DNA of 60,556 nucleotides, counting the filler, from Bipalium vagum (lineage: Eukaryota), in assembly GCA_037834085.1 (NCBI GenBank). It is 3 parts of 3 records of this genome, joined end to end, with 100 filler letters (N's around TTAATTAATTAA, not from the genome) between each part and the next. Parts side by side here need not be neighbours in the genome. Positions count along the whole stretch, not along the records: positions 1 to 17,311 come from JBBMKC010062088.1; 2 more parts are not named here. One strand, given 5' to 3'. Of the stretch, positions 1 through 12,389 are shown piece after piece; position 1 is the stretch's first letter, and each line of letters starts with the position of its first letter. Made by a program: the position numbers and the translations under genes. Below the pieces are notes generated by a model that was not told where the DNA came from, ran no database searches, and saw only the letters and a list, made by a program, of their open reading frames with translations.

Positions 1-1140
1 TCATCAATTAATAAACTTTATATATTTCAATTAAAAGCATTAGAAGATAAAATTTTAACTAATGATGAAGTTGAACATGCAAAAATAATAATTAATGAGT
101 GGAAGGAAAATATTAAAAAATAAAATCAAGAAATATTATTAAAAATCTAAACCAATCCCTCGGATTCCGCGCGAAGAAAAAGGAACTGAAACAAGAGTTA
201 AAAAAAGAGTATAAAGAGAAGATGCGATCTTACTCTTGATATCAAAGATTTAGAAAAAATTAAATAAGTGAAATACTTTGAATTAAAAATGGCTGATAAT
301 GGTGTTAAAAAAAGAATTGAATATTTTAAAAAATTAATAGAAGGAAACAATAAATTTGAAACTAATCAATTACATCAATGGAAAGCAGAAATAGGATTAG
401 CTATAGATTTAGATACATTTCATAAACCGGTTACTGATGTTTAAGGCGTAAAAAATGAAAAAGCTAATAAAGAGTTTCATGATGAAAAAGTTAATAAAGA
501 AAATATAATAAATGAAAAATCTTCAATAGATTTTAGTATACAACCTATTTTAACTTTGAATTTAAATAGTTCTTATTTAACAAAACCATTACTCCATCAA
601 TTATAGATAGTACATTAATAATAAATGAAATCCAATTTTTAATTATTAAAGAAAATGAAAAAAATTTTAAAATATAGTAATCAGAATAATCCAAAACCAG
701 ATGATGTACAATTATTTGTGTGAGATAATTTGAAAGCCTTGAATATAAGACTCCGTGGAGACAGCGTCTCATAAATGTTACTTTATCTGATAAAGCAAAA
801 TGAAATTCAAGCTTCAGACAAAATAGAAAAAAATAAGAAAATTTTGATTGTTTTTGGTGATGTAATAAATGAAAAAAAATTTTACAAGAGGAAGACATAA
901 TAAATGTTCTGTAATTTCATTATCTCAATCATTTTTTGATTTACTATTAAGAAGTAAAAAAATTTTCAAATTTTCTTTAAAATTTCAAAATCAGATAGAG
1001 ATCAAATATATTTTAAAATATTAGCAAGTTTTATGGATAAAGATGAATTTGATTATTTATACAATTTTCATATGAGAGAAAAATATATTTTTTTTTATTA
1101 TTTAAAGAAGAAAGGCTAAAGCATTCAGCATATTAATTTT
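1..1140 (+). pseudogene. Decayed Polinton-associated ORFs of unknown function upstream of the capsid gene
   Basis: Stop-interrupted K/E/N-rich frames (e.g. MADNGVKKRIEYFKKLIEG...DTFHKPVTDV), co-oriented with and abutting the capsid pseudogene; assigned mainly by context. Confidence 0.4.
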
Positions 1141-1163
1141 TGTTTAAATTTTTTCTATTAAAA

Positions 1164-1935
1164 ATGTCTAAATTAAATCTAGATAATAATTACTATCGTC
1201 AAGACATAACAACTAATTAATGTGACTATTTAGAAATTTCTTTAAATCCAGCAACTGCAACAAATTTAAATAAAAATGGAAATTTAACTTTTAGTTTATT
1301 ACAATCGGCGAATGCTTTAGATTAATCAGAATCAATTTAAGTTTTTGAAATTGAAATTCAATATATAACAGCTGATGAAAATATAACCTTGCAAAATAAC
1401 TTCTTTCCATATTTATTTTCTTATACTACTTTAAAATTAGGTTTAACTGAAATAGAAGCAATTGAAAATGTTGGTCCATCAAATTCTATAACAAATTTTG
1501 TAATGATTGATAAAAATAATGATAGAGAAATATTTGGTTGCATAACAGATAAAATTAAAGATGATCCAGGTAAAGATAATAAAGGATTTAAAACTAGAAA
1601 AAATTTATACTCAAATAAGAAGTTTATGAGAGAATTTCCAATATAATTAATGTTTGGATTTTTACAATATTATAAAAGAGTAATTTATGACATACAAGGA
1701 GAATTAACATTTACAAGAAAAATTGATATTGATAAAGAAATACTTTATGGAACAAATGGAGATGCTAAATTAAAATTAATTGACTTAAAACTATTTATTC
1801 CAGAATAGAAATTAAATCCATCTAATGAACTAACTCTTTTTGTAAGAGTAGATGATGGAAAATCTAAAAATGCAAACTTTTTATTTAGACGTTGTGAAGA
1901 AAGAAATCTAACAGAAGGAACAACTCAAACATTAT
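1164..1935 (+). pseudogene. Polinton/Maverick (adintovirus-like) double-jelly-roll major capsid protein pseudogene, 3' truncated
   Basis: Manual translation from ATG 1164 gives ...TNLNKNGNLTF...SESI*VFEIEI...ITLQNNFFPYLFS...LKLGLTEIEAIE...FGFLQYYKRVIY...ELTFTR...KLKLIDLKLFIP, matching the Polinton MCP pattern; several in-frame stops; includes track ORF 1389-1646. Confidence 0.75.
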
Positions 1936-1939
1936 TATT

Positions 1940-2666
1940 GTATAATATATTAAACAAACACATATCTTTTCAAACTCTGAGGATAGGAAACGTCTTCATA
2001 TTTTTCGTATTTTCAAAGCCAACATTTTTAAACATCTGCCACCCCTTGGAGTCGTTTTCAATGGCCGACAACTACCTTTTATTTTGCTTACAGTTCCAGT
2101 TGTACATTCTTTTAAAATAATCTTCCGAACAGCGATATGGGAAACAGATAACCGATATTTTTCCGACATCATTGTATATATCTGTCTATAGAAAAACCCT
2201 GAGTCACGAAATGCGTATACCTTTGAACAGTTTTCATTTGATAATTGATAGTCACTTGTGGAATTCATTTCTGTGTATCTCTTAACCACGTTATGGTGAG
2301 TTTTAAAAATATCTTTCTTCAGTATTTGCAATTTTCAAACCAAATTAATTTCACAAAACTTAATTAAACCACATTATTAAACTGATGTCAATTATATTTC
2401 ATCTAAAAACTTAACTAACCGTTAATAAATGCATAAAGTATTAATTATTCCTGTGGACAACTAAATAAAAACACTCACTTTTACTTAAAAGTTGTATCCC
2501 AACACTATTATACATGAAATTAAATTTTAAATTTTTACTAGCTTTACTGGTTCAACAATATGCAAAACACAGTTTCTGATTATCTTTAAAATTGTTAATT
2601 TTATACCAGTTTAAAAAACAAATTATTGAACATTTAAAGGTGTTAAATGTTTTATGGACTGTAGTG
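1940..2666 (-). mobile_element. Tc1-like transposon 5' fragment (TIR plus N-terminal HTH)
   Basis: Minus-strand terminus TA|CACTACAGTCCATAAA at 2666; ORF 1996-2331 has an HTH region and a GxxRPxKTT motif (KGSCRPLKTTPR). Sits between the Polinton capsid and integrase remnants. Confidence 0.75.
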
Positions 2667-2675
2667 TATATTAAA

Positions 2676-3760
2676 TTAGAAGTGACAAATACACAATGTT
2701 ATATTATAAAAATTAAAATGATGATTTTTGCAACTCATTCTCATAAAATCTACTTCATATTTTTCACCATTTAAATCAATAATGCCAAAAACAATTTGAT
2801 TTTTATAATAAAATTTTCCTCTGCATATGTAATAATATTTTGCAACTTTATACAAACCATAATTTTTTCTGCTAACCACTTTGGATTTTTAGATGCATTA
2901 TCAAAGTTTCCTAGAGAAGAACTCGCTTCATCAGAGGAAATACCAATTGATCTGTTAATTTTACTGTTATAAAAATTGATTCATTTAGATAAGAGATGTA
3001 ACCATTTTTTGTTTCCTTGTTCCGTAAATTTTTTAAACATCATATTCTTTAAAGTTTTATTGGATCTTTCAATGAAAACAGGTTTTGCTTCTTTTTCCGT
3101 TGAATAATTTTTATTATCATCACAAATATTTTATTGTAAAATTCAGTACCTTTATCAACCCATAGCTTTTAGGTTTTCTTTGGTAGTCAACAAATATTTA
3201 ATGAAAAGCATCTGTTATGCATTTTCAATTGTTATTTTTGAAAAGAGCAGCAAAAGCATATTTTGTGCATAAATCTAGTACTCTTAGAATAATCTTATAG
3301 TTTCTTTCTCTAGGTAATAATGTTCAATTAGCAATCCAAATATCATCTTTATTTAAGATCTTATCTTTAATATAATGTTTTGGTTTTCTAAATTCTTTAT
3401 CAAGTTCATTTGCTAATTGTTTTCTATTTTTTGGTTTTAATTCTTGGGATTTTTCAAATAGTTTTTCATTAGCAAACTTTTTGCAACTCTTTCTAATCCG
3501 AAACCTAAGGCTATCTTGCTCTTCATGATTAATTTTACTAATGCTCTTTCAAGTTTTCTCTTGTGGTTCGATTTTGAATATTATTTATTTTAGGTATCAT
3601 CGGAACGTCAGTAACACGAAGATCCTGTAAATCTTTAAATATATATTTTTTATATCATGTTTCATATCTGTTTGATCAATTTTGTTTATTGCAATGGAAT
3701 CTTGTTTAGGAATTGAAGGAATATTTATTTCTTCTGTTTCATTATAATTATTTATTATGT
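2676..3760 (-). pseudogene. Polinton integrase pseudogene with N-terminal phospholipase A2-like (PLA2X) domain
   Basis: Minus-strand motifs in order: NKIDQTDMKHDI / ERALVKLIMKSKIALGFG (PLA2-like), LANELDKEFRKP...DDIW, YKIILRVLDLCTKYAFA, VDKGTEF, IERSNKTLK, DLNGEKYE; typical of Polinton rve integrases; many frameshifts. Confidence 0.75.
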
Positions 3761-4479
3761 TAAGTCTCTTGATTTAAGAGTGTGGCTGTTAAGACCTTAA
3801 CTTTAGAAAGATTTTATGCGTGAAAATAATAGATTAAATATCAAATAACAAATAAATAAGACACAAGTTTTATAAAATATATTGGAATTAAATACCAAAT
3901 GTCAAAAATATATGATTTACAAAACTAAGAGTGATTGCTGTAACAAACATGCTCTTAAGAAAATTTCCCCAAAGATTTTTAATTAATTAAAGTTCACATT
4001 CCTTCCGTACTGATATAAATATCAATATCTCAAAGGCTATCGATGAATTGTATTCACTACCCTTACTGATATGTGAACTACGAAAAATAACTGCTTCTGA
4101 AATGAAAAAAAAATATATGATTTTAGGGTTGAATTCTAACATTTATTTTGAAAATTATTTAGAACTTGTGCAACTCTAGCAAATTGCCAAATTTTTAAAA
4201 ATATTTCAATTATATTTTAAAAATGTGTATACTAGTTAGAAATAACAATGTATACTACTATACACTATCCACTATAATACTAATATAAATAAAGTAAATC
4301 TTACTGTAAGGCATATAACAACAAATGATGTTCTGGTAATTGTAGACTCCTTATATATGACTGTTGGTGCGTGATATCTGACTGATCTAAACGTGATTCT
4401 ATGTTTGTTTAGGTGTTTAAGATTGTTTTATTTTTTTGACAAATTTTATTATAAGTTATTTATATATTTATATTATAAA

Positions 4480-5727
4480 TTTTAACAGTACTTTTTTAAT
4501 TAGTAATGCTTTCTTTCTTTCTTCCCAACAGCGAATAACCTCTCGTTCCAGCTCTGAAATTGAATCATATTGTTTCCCATTAGGATATACTGGACGTGCT
4601 AGTATCCCCCAAAGATTTTCTATGGGATTCAGGTCTGGTGGCGGCCAAGACATAACATCAATATTTCTGTTTTGTAGCCATTGCAAAGTGGAACGTGCAA
4701 CATGGCATTGACAATTACCCTGTTGGAAAATTGGTTTGTCTCCGCCAAAACCATTCATAAAGGGAAATAAATGTTCCTCTAAAAGCATTTGATAATCAAA
4801 TTGATTTAGCCTGCTGGTAATAATCGCGTGAGTCGACTTTCCGTGGCAATTGAAACAACCTTAAATCAAGAATGAACCGGTGTCTATTCGAAAAAGATAT
4901 CTCTTCCTTCCGCAAATCGTGCCAATAATATGCGTAATCGTCAGGTCCATCCAAATTAAAATTCTTTTCGTCACCCCAGTTGACCTTTTCTCATTCGGTG
5001 ATCCACGGTATTTTCTCTTTAACCCAGAAGACACGATTGATTTTATGTTGTGGTTTCAAAGGGGGTTTCACCAACATAATGGATCGTCCCAGATTTATTT
5101 AAAATCTTTCTAATACTCTCTACGGACTAATTTAGGTTGAATATCGTTTTTATTTTCGCACAGGATATGCTTTAGTTGCTGGCATTCCTAATAATGGAAC
5201 GCTTCGTTGCTGCGGAAATCTTCGCTTTAGGACTCCGTGTCTTCTTTTCTTTATTTTTTATTCTTTAAAAAGTATCGTATACTACTTTCATTCTTCTCTA
5301 ACTTAGTACCGATCCATCTGTTCGATTTTCCGGCGTCATGGTAGGCATAGATCAAAGCATAGATTCCCTTCTCGGTGTCGGTTAATCTTGCAATTTTACT
5401 CATCTTACTAAATAAATATTTTTATAAAATCTTAGTATTCGACAGACAGAAGTACTTACATTTAACATTTAATCTTCAAACGTTTAATTTATATAATTAG
5501 ATTTAAATAATTTCACTTTTAAATTAATGCGGCAATAACTGGAATTAATTATCTGATATGTTATAAAAACTTAGTTTTATGTGAAGTAAATAGTTGATTA
5601 GTTAGCCAAAAGTTATTTTAAAATCTTACAAATATTTCATGCATAATGCAATAATTAAAAAATTCAATTTAAATTAGTTAAGATTTATTATATTTTCAAG
5701 GTGCGGCAATAATTAGTTGGAGCCGTG
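4480..5727 (-). mobile_element. Tc1/Tc3-like DD34E transposon, degenerate and 3' truncated
   Basis: NLDGPDDYAYYWHDLRKE, IFQQGNCQCH, WPPPDLNPIENLWGILAR (ORF 4468-4788); terminus TA|CACGGCTCCAACTAATTATTGCCGCA at 5727; the TGCGGCAATAA motif recurs internally near 5528. Confidence 0.9.
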
Positions 5728-5729
5728 TA

Positions 5730-6345
5730 TAATACGAATTTCATTGGTTAAAATAGATCTTAAAGGTTGTTGTCAATTGCTGCAGACAGTCAGAGAATAA
5801 AATTTATGACTTAGTCGACGAAAAAAGAATGGCTAAGCACTGTTTTAGAAGCTTTGCGTAGATATATGTGGCCCTTTAAAAGTGTCAAGAAGGATGAAAA
5901 ATATATCATGACAATAATAGATCAATTCAATAAATATGTTTCGCTATCAACATTATCACCAAGGTTAGACAACGGTGAGGAAGATATTAGAGAACAAATG
6001 AATATTACGGTTCGGTACACCAAGCAAAACCAATATGGATTACAGAAAATTTTCTAATCAATGTCATTGAAAGAGAAAAGAAAGAGCTTGCAGAAATGTT
6101 GAAGATTAGATTATGATTCTTGATCCCATACCACCACAACACAAATGACCAGATTGACAGACAATTATGGACAATTTGTGATTTTATTAAAATAACACTC
6201 CAAGAAGTACCAAAATCTGATTGGGCAGAGATTCTAGTAGAAAAACAAACAACAGAAACAACGAATAAGATCGATATAAAAAGTGATTAGAATCTAACAT
6301 AGAAATGAGTTAGAAGAAAAGTTTGGAAAACGAATCGAGAATTTG
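5730..6345 (+). mobile_element. Gypsy LTR-retrotransposon integrase fragment
   Basis: KYIMTIIDQFNKYVSL, LRFGTP, PYHHNTNDQIDRQLWTI, SDWAEIL; resembles the integrase at 27180-27880. Confidence 0.75.
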
Positions 6346-6349
6346 AAAT

Positions 6350-6665
6350 ATTAAATGTTGATAGAACATCATTTTCTGTGCTTTTGACAATTATGAGGAA
6401 GATTTATATAAAAAAAGATGGTTGTCATATGAACTAGAAGAGAGAGAAATGTATAGTCAGAATGCAATGTGTGAAATGTTGCTTGAAAAGCAAAAGTATT
6501 TGCATCGCATTTCGACTGGAGACGAAAAGCAGACATCCTTGCATAATAATAAACAAAAAATCGTTATCCGATCCGGCCAATCGTCGTTTTGTCAAAAAAG
6601 ATTGCAATAACTATCAGTTAGTTGGGAAAAGAATAATTGCAAATGATGGAAAATATTTCACAAAA
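6350..6665 (+). mobile_element. Internally deleted mariner fragment
   Basis: SYEL...CEMLLEKQKYLHRISTGDEK (WVPHEL and first catalytic D region) joined to the C-terminal IIANDGKYF. Confidence 0.7.
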
Positions 6666-6795
6666 AATCCAAATACTCAATATATCATAAAAATGTCCGC
6701 TTTACATGCACAATTGTCTGAAATGTTGATTGTCATAAAATTATTTCTCCTTCCAAAATTATTGGTTTGGTTAAATAAGGCATTTGTATTACGTA

Positions 6796-8574
6796 CGTAG
6801 TCCGCCCATTAAGTACTTAGACTAAATAATAAATATACAACTGATTTTATTTAAAATTTCAAAAACAAACATGTAGAAAGTTTATATTTGTTTTTCAATA
6901 TAACCTCAACCAACCGCCACACATTCTTGCCAACGAGACAACAAATCCAAAATGCCTTTTTCATAAAAGGTTTTGGAGTACGATTTCAAGAAGTCCGTGT
7001 CAATGCGCTGCAAATCAAAGGCACAATCAAATAGTTTTTCTCGAAAATTCTTCGACAGCTGTCAGAAGAAGTGAAATTAATAGGAGCGAGATAGGGACTG
7101 TAAGGTGGGTGAGGAATGAGTGATTTTTCACATGAATTATTTTTTGCTTTTGTCAGATGGGATGAGTGTATTGGGAAATTATCATGTAAGAGCCATAGTT
7201 CAGTCTTCTCTTTTTTGCTGTTTTCCTCTTTCTTACTTTATAAGTTTTGCATAATATTCTAAATTGATTTTGACATGAGATGCATCAAAATCGCATTTGA
7301 GAATACCGCTCATATAAAAAACATTAGAAATTTTTTATAAGCTGTGCCAGTTATCATTTTTAGTTTTGGTTTCTCCCTGACATCTGCCATTCTGCAGATT
7401 CACGCTTACTTTCCAGTATATACAAGCTCAAAGATGTCTCATCTATCGTCGAAATTGTTGCATACCATCTGTGAAAATCATGAACACAATTTCCTAATGC
7501 CCATTTCATGCAGCAACATATGGAACGTACCTTTTGAGATGTTTAAACGTTGTGCAAAGTCTTTTGTTGCAATAAGACGGCCTGTAATGACGATTTACTG
7601 TAGGATTTCTTTCTTCAACCTCTGCCAGACTTCTCTATATTAAAAACACTAGTTCGGCTATTTTGAATTCGCGAATTCAATTATAAATTGTTAATTTACA
7701 AGGGCACTCACTCTTTTAAACATCCGGCAGTTGATTAATAATTTCTTGGCTACGTGTTTGCTTCAATAACGGGAATTTGATCACAATACGAAATTCAACA
7801 TTGTCTTACATTTTTTGAAAAGATGCAATTATCCTAAAAACAAAAATACATTTTTATTACCTATATATATCCTTAGAATTAATCAGTTTCATTATCTTTT
7901 TTGTAAGTATTGAGATTCGTTTCCTATCTTTTAACTTTCTGTAAATACAATTTTTCTCTAAAAATAGAATTTAGATAACATGCTGGCTAATTTAAAATTA
8001 TGTATTTTAATTATTAATTCAAATTAAATTTTTAAAATAAATTAAATATTATTTTAGAAGCAACTATTGATTTTTTTACTACTTATGTCACCCTAAAATT
8101 ATTTAATTAGAATGTAAAGTTATTTTTAGTAAAAATTAATTATAGAAAGTAAGTCATGATTGACAGCTTAACTGGCCAATCAAAGACGCTAAAATGAACT
8201 GCAAAATAGTATATAAGCTAGCAAAAATTCATTATTTTTCGCCAAGAAAATTATGAGTGTTTTCGACAATTTTATTGACAAAGGTTTTTCCTAACACAGC
8301 TTTTAATTAGAGTTTGCTTGAGAGACTGCCTGTTGCAGTTTGATTTTGTGTGACTGCCGAGTGTTTCAGTTTGATCGTTGTAAATAAAAAGGGTTTCATC
8401 CTCATTTTATTTAATAAATTTTTAGTTTTTTTGGTGCTTTGTTAGAGGTTGAGATAGCAAGCTCTTTAGGTAAGTCCACGTTATCTCTGTGTAGGTTAGG
8501 TGAGCTGAGCAAGAATTGCGCCAACATAAGTTATTATTTTCTGTCGAGTCTAAGTACTTAATTGGCAAACCACG
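6796..8574 (-). mobile_element. Mariner element with both TIRs and TA target duplications, degenerate transposase, nested insertion
   Basis: TIRs cgtagtccgcccattaagtacttagact (6796) and reverse complement cgtggtttgccaattaagtacttagact (8574), each flanked by TA; minus-strand remnants GIRKLCS, a YSPDL-like region, LLSRWQECVAVG. Confidence 0.85.
8086..8526 (+). mobile_element. Candidate solo LTR (BEL/Pao-like end) nested in the mariner
   Basis: TGT...gcgccaACA termini, CCAAT (~8175), TATATAA (~8210) and AATAAA (~8384) in LTR-like order; no clean target-site duplication. Confidence 0.45.
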
Positions 8575-8599
8575 TACATGTATGTATCAAAAGGTTAGG

Positions 8600-9470
8600 A
8601 CGAGAATACAATAAAGCCGGAAGAAATCATCTAAGTAGAATCACTAGAATAGTAACAATCCTTTCTGATGGAATTATCTAAATAAATGTTCTTTTCTACG
8701 ACTTGAAATAATCATTTATCTTCAAATTTCTATATCGGTGATAAAACAGCATAGAAAAAGTTTTCAGATTACCAGACCAAAGGTTAATGGATTGTACTTC
8801 CTTTCATTTAGCAAAAGTCAAACAAATATTCAGGCATCAATAAAAGCCCGAAACTGTTACAAGAATTAAACAAATTAACCTGACAGGAGCCATTACAGTG
8901 TTCTATGTCCATCAACAAATGCCAGTGCCAAGGACTGGAATATGATTCGTCAAAAAATCCACAAATCGACTCGAATCTCTCACTGTTCCATTAATAGAAA
9001 TGCTGCATCGCATGTGGTGGTGTTTGCCCACTGCAACATTCAGCTGAACGCCAATAGGAACAACCGACATTTCATCCTCCATTCTGGTAACTTCTCGAGC
9101 AGTTTGGGATTGCATTCATTCACCAGCTCATGACTTGCTCTCAATTTCCAGCAAAACCAGATCGACGATAGTTCAAGGATATTTATATATATTTATCTCT
9201 CAACGTCTTCAGTTTCAGACATGGTTCATTTGACAGTATCGGGTAAGTCGTCTTCTGTTTTCTCAAAAACTTGATCACAACAATTTCATTATCAATTCAG
9301 TACATTATTTTCCGTGTAAATTTTTCTCAAAATATGTTTTTTTTTAAATTTGTTTTCTTTTCACATTCTATGTTACCGATGGCTCCATTAATTTTCTCCG
9401 AAAAATCAACCAAATTTCTGAGACGTAAACTTCATAAAAAAATTGCATCAGCCCATTTATTCATATGATG
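8600..9470 (-). pseudogene. Unidentified decayed coding-like segment
   Basis: Locally higher GC and long, partly open minus frames with frameshifts (includes ORF 8912-9115); no recognisable family. Confidence 0.3.
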
Positions 9471-10379
9471 AAATGTATCGATCACGTGACTCGTTCGTCA
9501 GCAAATGATCTTAATTTGAACAATTTCACGTGACATTTTTGTAAACTTTGATTTCATTTGTTTGATATTGATTTTGTTTTTTGATATTTGCTGTGATCCT
9601 GTTGATAAATTTCTTTTCATTAAATGAACCAATTTTTTTTGATGAAAAAAAAATTTTTTTATAAAAAATATGTTTTTGTAATTTTTTTTATTAAATTTCT
9701 AAAATAATTTTTTTTGAAAATATTGTTTGTTTTTGTCAATATTTATTTTTAATTTAAAATACTTTATGTACTTTATTCAATGAAAATTTTCTTTAGATTC
9801 TTCATAAAATTGATAGGTTAGCTTTAGTAACTGTCTGTAAAAAGACGTAGATAAAAATCTAGGTTACAGAAAACGTAAGAAATATTCAGTGAATAAATAA
9901 AATATGTTTTAGAATTAAAATCGTAAAAAAATTTTATGCTTTCAAACTTTAGAGGAATTATCGATTATCTTCTGCTTTTTCTAAAAAAATGAATTAGAAA
10001 ATAAACAATAAATCTTCTTAAATGAAATAATAAATATTGATTAAATTTGTGACAAATGAGCTGGTTTCAGTTTTAGAATAATAATTTTTCTTTTGTTAAA
10101 TCGTTTGAAAAAGTTAAATGGAATGAAGTCTGCAAAACGTGGAGTTTATGCACGATGCTTTAAATTTTTACAAGAATGTATGGCTAATTGTAATTACGAA
10201 TAATAATAATTAATGATAATAATAGTAATATTAATAATATTATTATTAATATTAATAATTAATATTAATTATAATAATATTAATTTTACTAATAATAATA
10301 TTTAATTATTATAAATATTTGAAACAAAGATAATAAGTTCATGATCAGGAGATATAATTATATACCTGTACATGAGTGA

Positions 10380-11146
10380 TTTAGCAAAGTTGCTTGCAAT
10401 AATAATCATAATAGTCCGCTAGGAATAGTTAGACAATCATCTGTGCCATATACTCAAATACGATTGCATTCTTTTGGAAGTACGGCTCGAAGATAAATTT
10501 AGTTTTCATCGATCATAATAATCTTTTCCTTTACCCTTCTTGCTCAATATATATTCAACATTTTTTGAGAACAAAAGACTCTGATTCTTTTGTTATTATC
10601 AGTCGAAATGTGAGGAACCCATCTGATGTAAAGTGACTTCTTTCAATATGCGGCCAACACTACTTTCTTCAATGTCAGTGACTCTTGAAATTGCAGAAGA
10701 ACTCAGGTGGCAATAAACTTCAACCATTTCACACACAATTATGACATTCTCTTCTGCAGTACTCGTTCTTGGTCTTCCCGAACCTTCTTTTCTCTCTAAA
10801 AGTGATCGTTGTTCTCCGATAAACTATTTGACATCTGCTGTACTCTCCTAAGTCTGACGACGTTCTCTGTTTCCGACGACTTTCCTTATAAGAAATTTGT
10901 GAATTTCGATAGCCGAGAAGTTATTTTTGTTAAAGTTGTAAAGAAGAAATTTTTGTTGCATTGCTTTGCCTTCATATTTCAGACTAAATCAATCAACCAA
11001 TTATAATCGATTTATTTAAATTTAAATATTGAACTTACTAGTCCTGTTAATGATTACTTTAAGAAATTTTCCAGAAATAAGAAATTTCAAATTTAATCTC
11101 GAGATATTTTTAACTGATAAAAACGAAGTTTTTCTGTCGACCCCTA
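10380..11146 (-). mobile_element. Tc1/mariner-superfamily 5' fragment
   Basis: KEGSGRPRTSTAEENV motif and downstream HTH/first-D region; terminus-like TAGGGGTCGACAGAAAA near 11146. Confidence 0.7.
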
Positions 11147-12389
11147 TAGTAAATTAAAAAAACAGCTTATTGACTATGGTTAATTAAGTCGTTCGGAGAA
11201 GTAATAGCAATTCGGAAAATACGGTGATAAATTTTTCAATGATTACTTAATTGTTAGTAACTTTCCTGATTTAGTGATCGAGTTGTCAGTTTTAGGGATA
11301 TAAAGCAAGAATCAACGTTAAGCGTATTATATAATTTTTGGTGTGAGTATTCAATTTCTGGTTGCTTATGTACACTTTTCTCAAGGTTTGTGTTCGGGTC
11401 CCCAACTAGTTTAACATTTAATGGTAGACTGAACTGTTAAAGGAAATTTGCTTAAACTGACAGTTGAACTTTTTGTTTTAATCTCTTCGCTTATTTTCTA
11501 CTTTGAGTTTTGCTATTTTGTATTTGTTTAACAATCATTCAAAGGAGAGATTTATAGGTTTGTTCGTTATCATATTTTAATCTCTGTTATGTTATTCGTT
11601 ATTGGCGCTTTGTGGACATATCTTGTTGATATAATAAAAACATTGAATGGACGATATCGACATTGTTACTCTGAAATTGTTGAAGCATGATATTGAAATT
11701 GAATTGAATTTGAGGGTTCACAATAAGGATGATATTGAAGTTAAGTTATTATTGATACGTGGCTGTTCACCCAATTCTATATAATTACAGATTGCTCTGG
11801 TCCGAGTAAATTCTTCTTTTCACAAGCCTCCATTTTATCGCTCGATAATCAGTTTTGTGAGAATCATTTAAATGTTTCTTCTTCATTTTAGTTTTATTTG
11901 GTTTATTATCCTTTCGTTTTGTTAAGTTGAGAGGATTCGATTCCTATGAGAGATGGATATTTATTGAGAGATGGATATATTAATCCAAAGTTCTTGAACA
12001 ATTATATTATTGTAAAAAAATGATTTCTTAACGTTAATTTCTCTCGAAATTGAATCTGCTTGTTTTTTTGATTTTCTGTTTCAATTTTTATTTTATTATA
12101 TAAAATTTAATTTTCCTGAAATAAATGTCACGAAATTTAATTATGTTCAAAATCTAGGATATCATTAACATTCCGGTAAACATTGTTCTAATTATTATTT
12201 CCATATAGTTAATATTATTATCATTATGCATATTTTTATTGATATTATTAAATGTGCCCAGGTTCAATTTTTCAAAAGAGAAAGATGTGAGAAATTATAA
12301 TTTATATATTTTTTGAAGGTATCATTTGTATTTGGAAAGTTCAACAATCTCCTAAAATTTTGACATTTATTTAAACAAATTAAACTTCT

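Noticed and set aside
10050-10320. Possible non-LTR retrotransposon 3' end followed by a degenerate (TAA)n tail
   Set aside because: The short frame MKSAKRGVYARCFKFL has no diagnostic RT or endonuclease motif, and TAA tracts are common throughout the window.
11150-12000. Possible LTR plus PBS, or an LRRCT/TM remnant (DCSGPSKF...C)
   Set aside because: Two incompatible readings, neither with defined ends or a second supporting motif.
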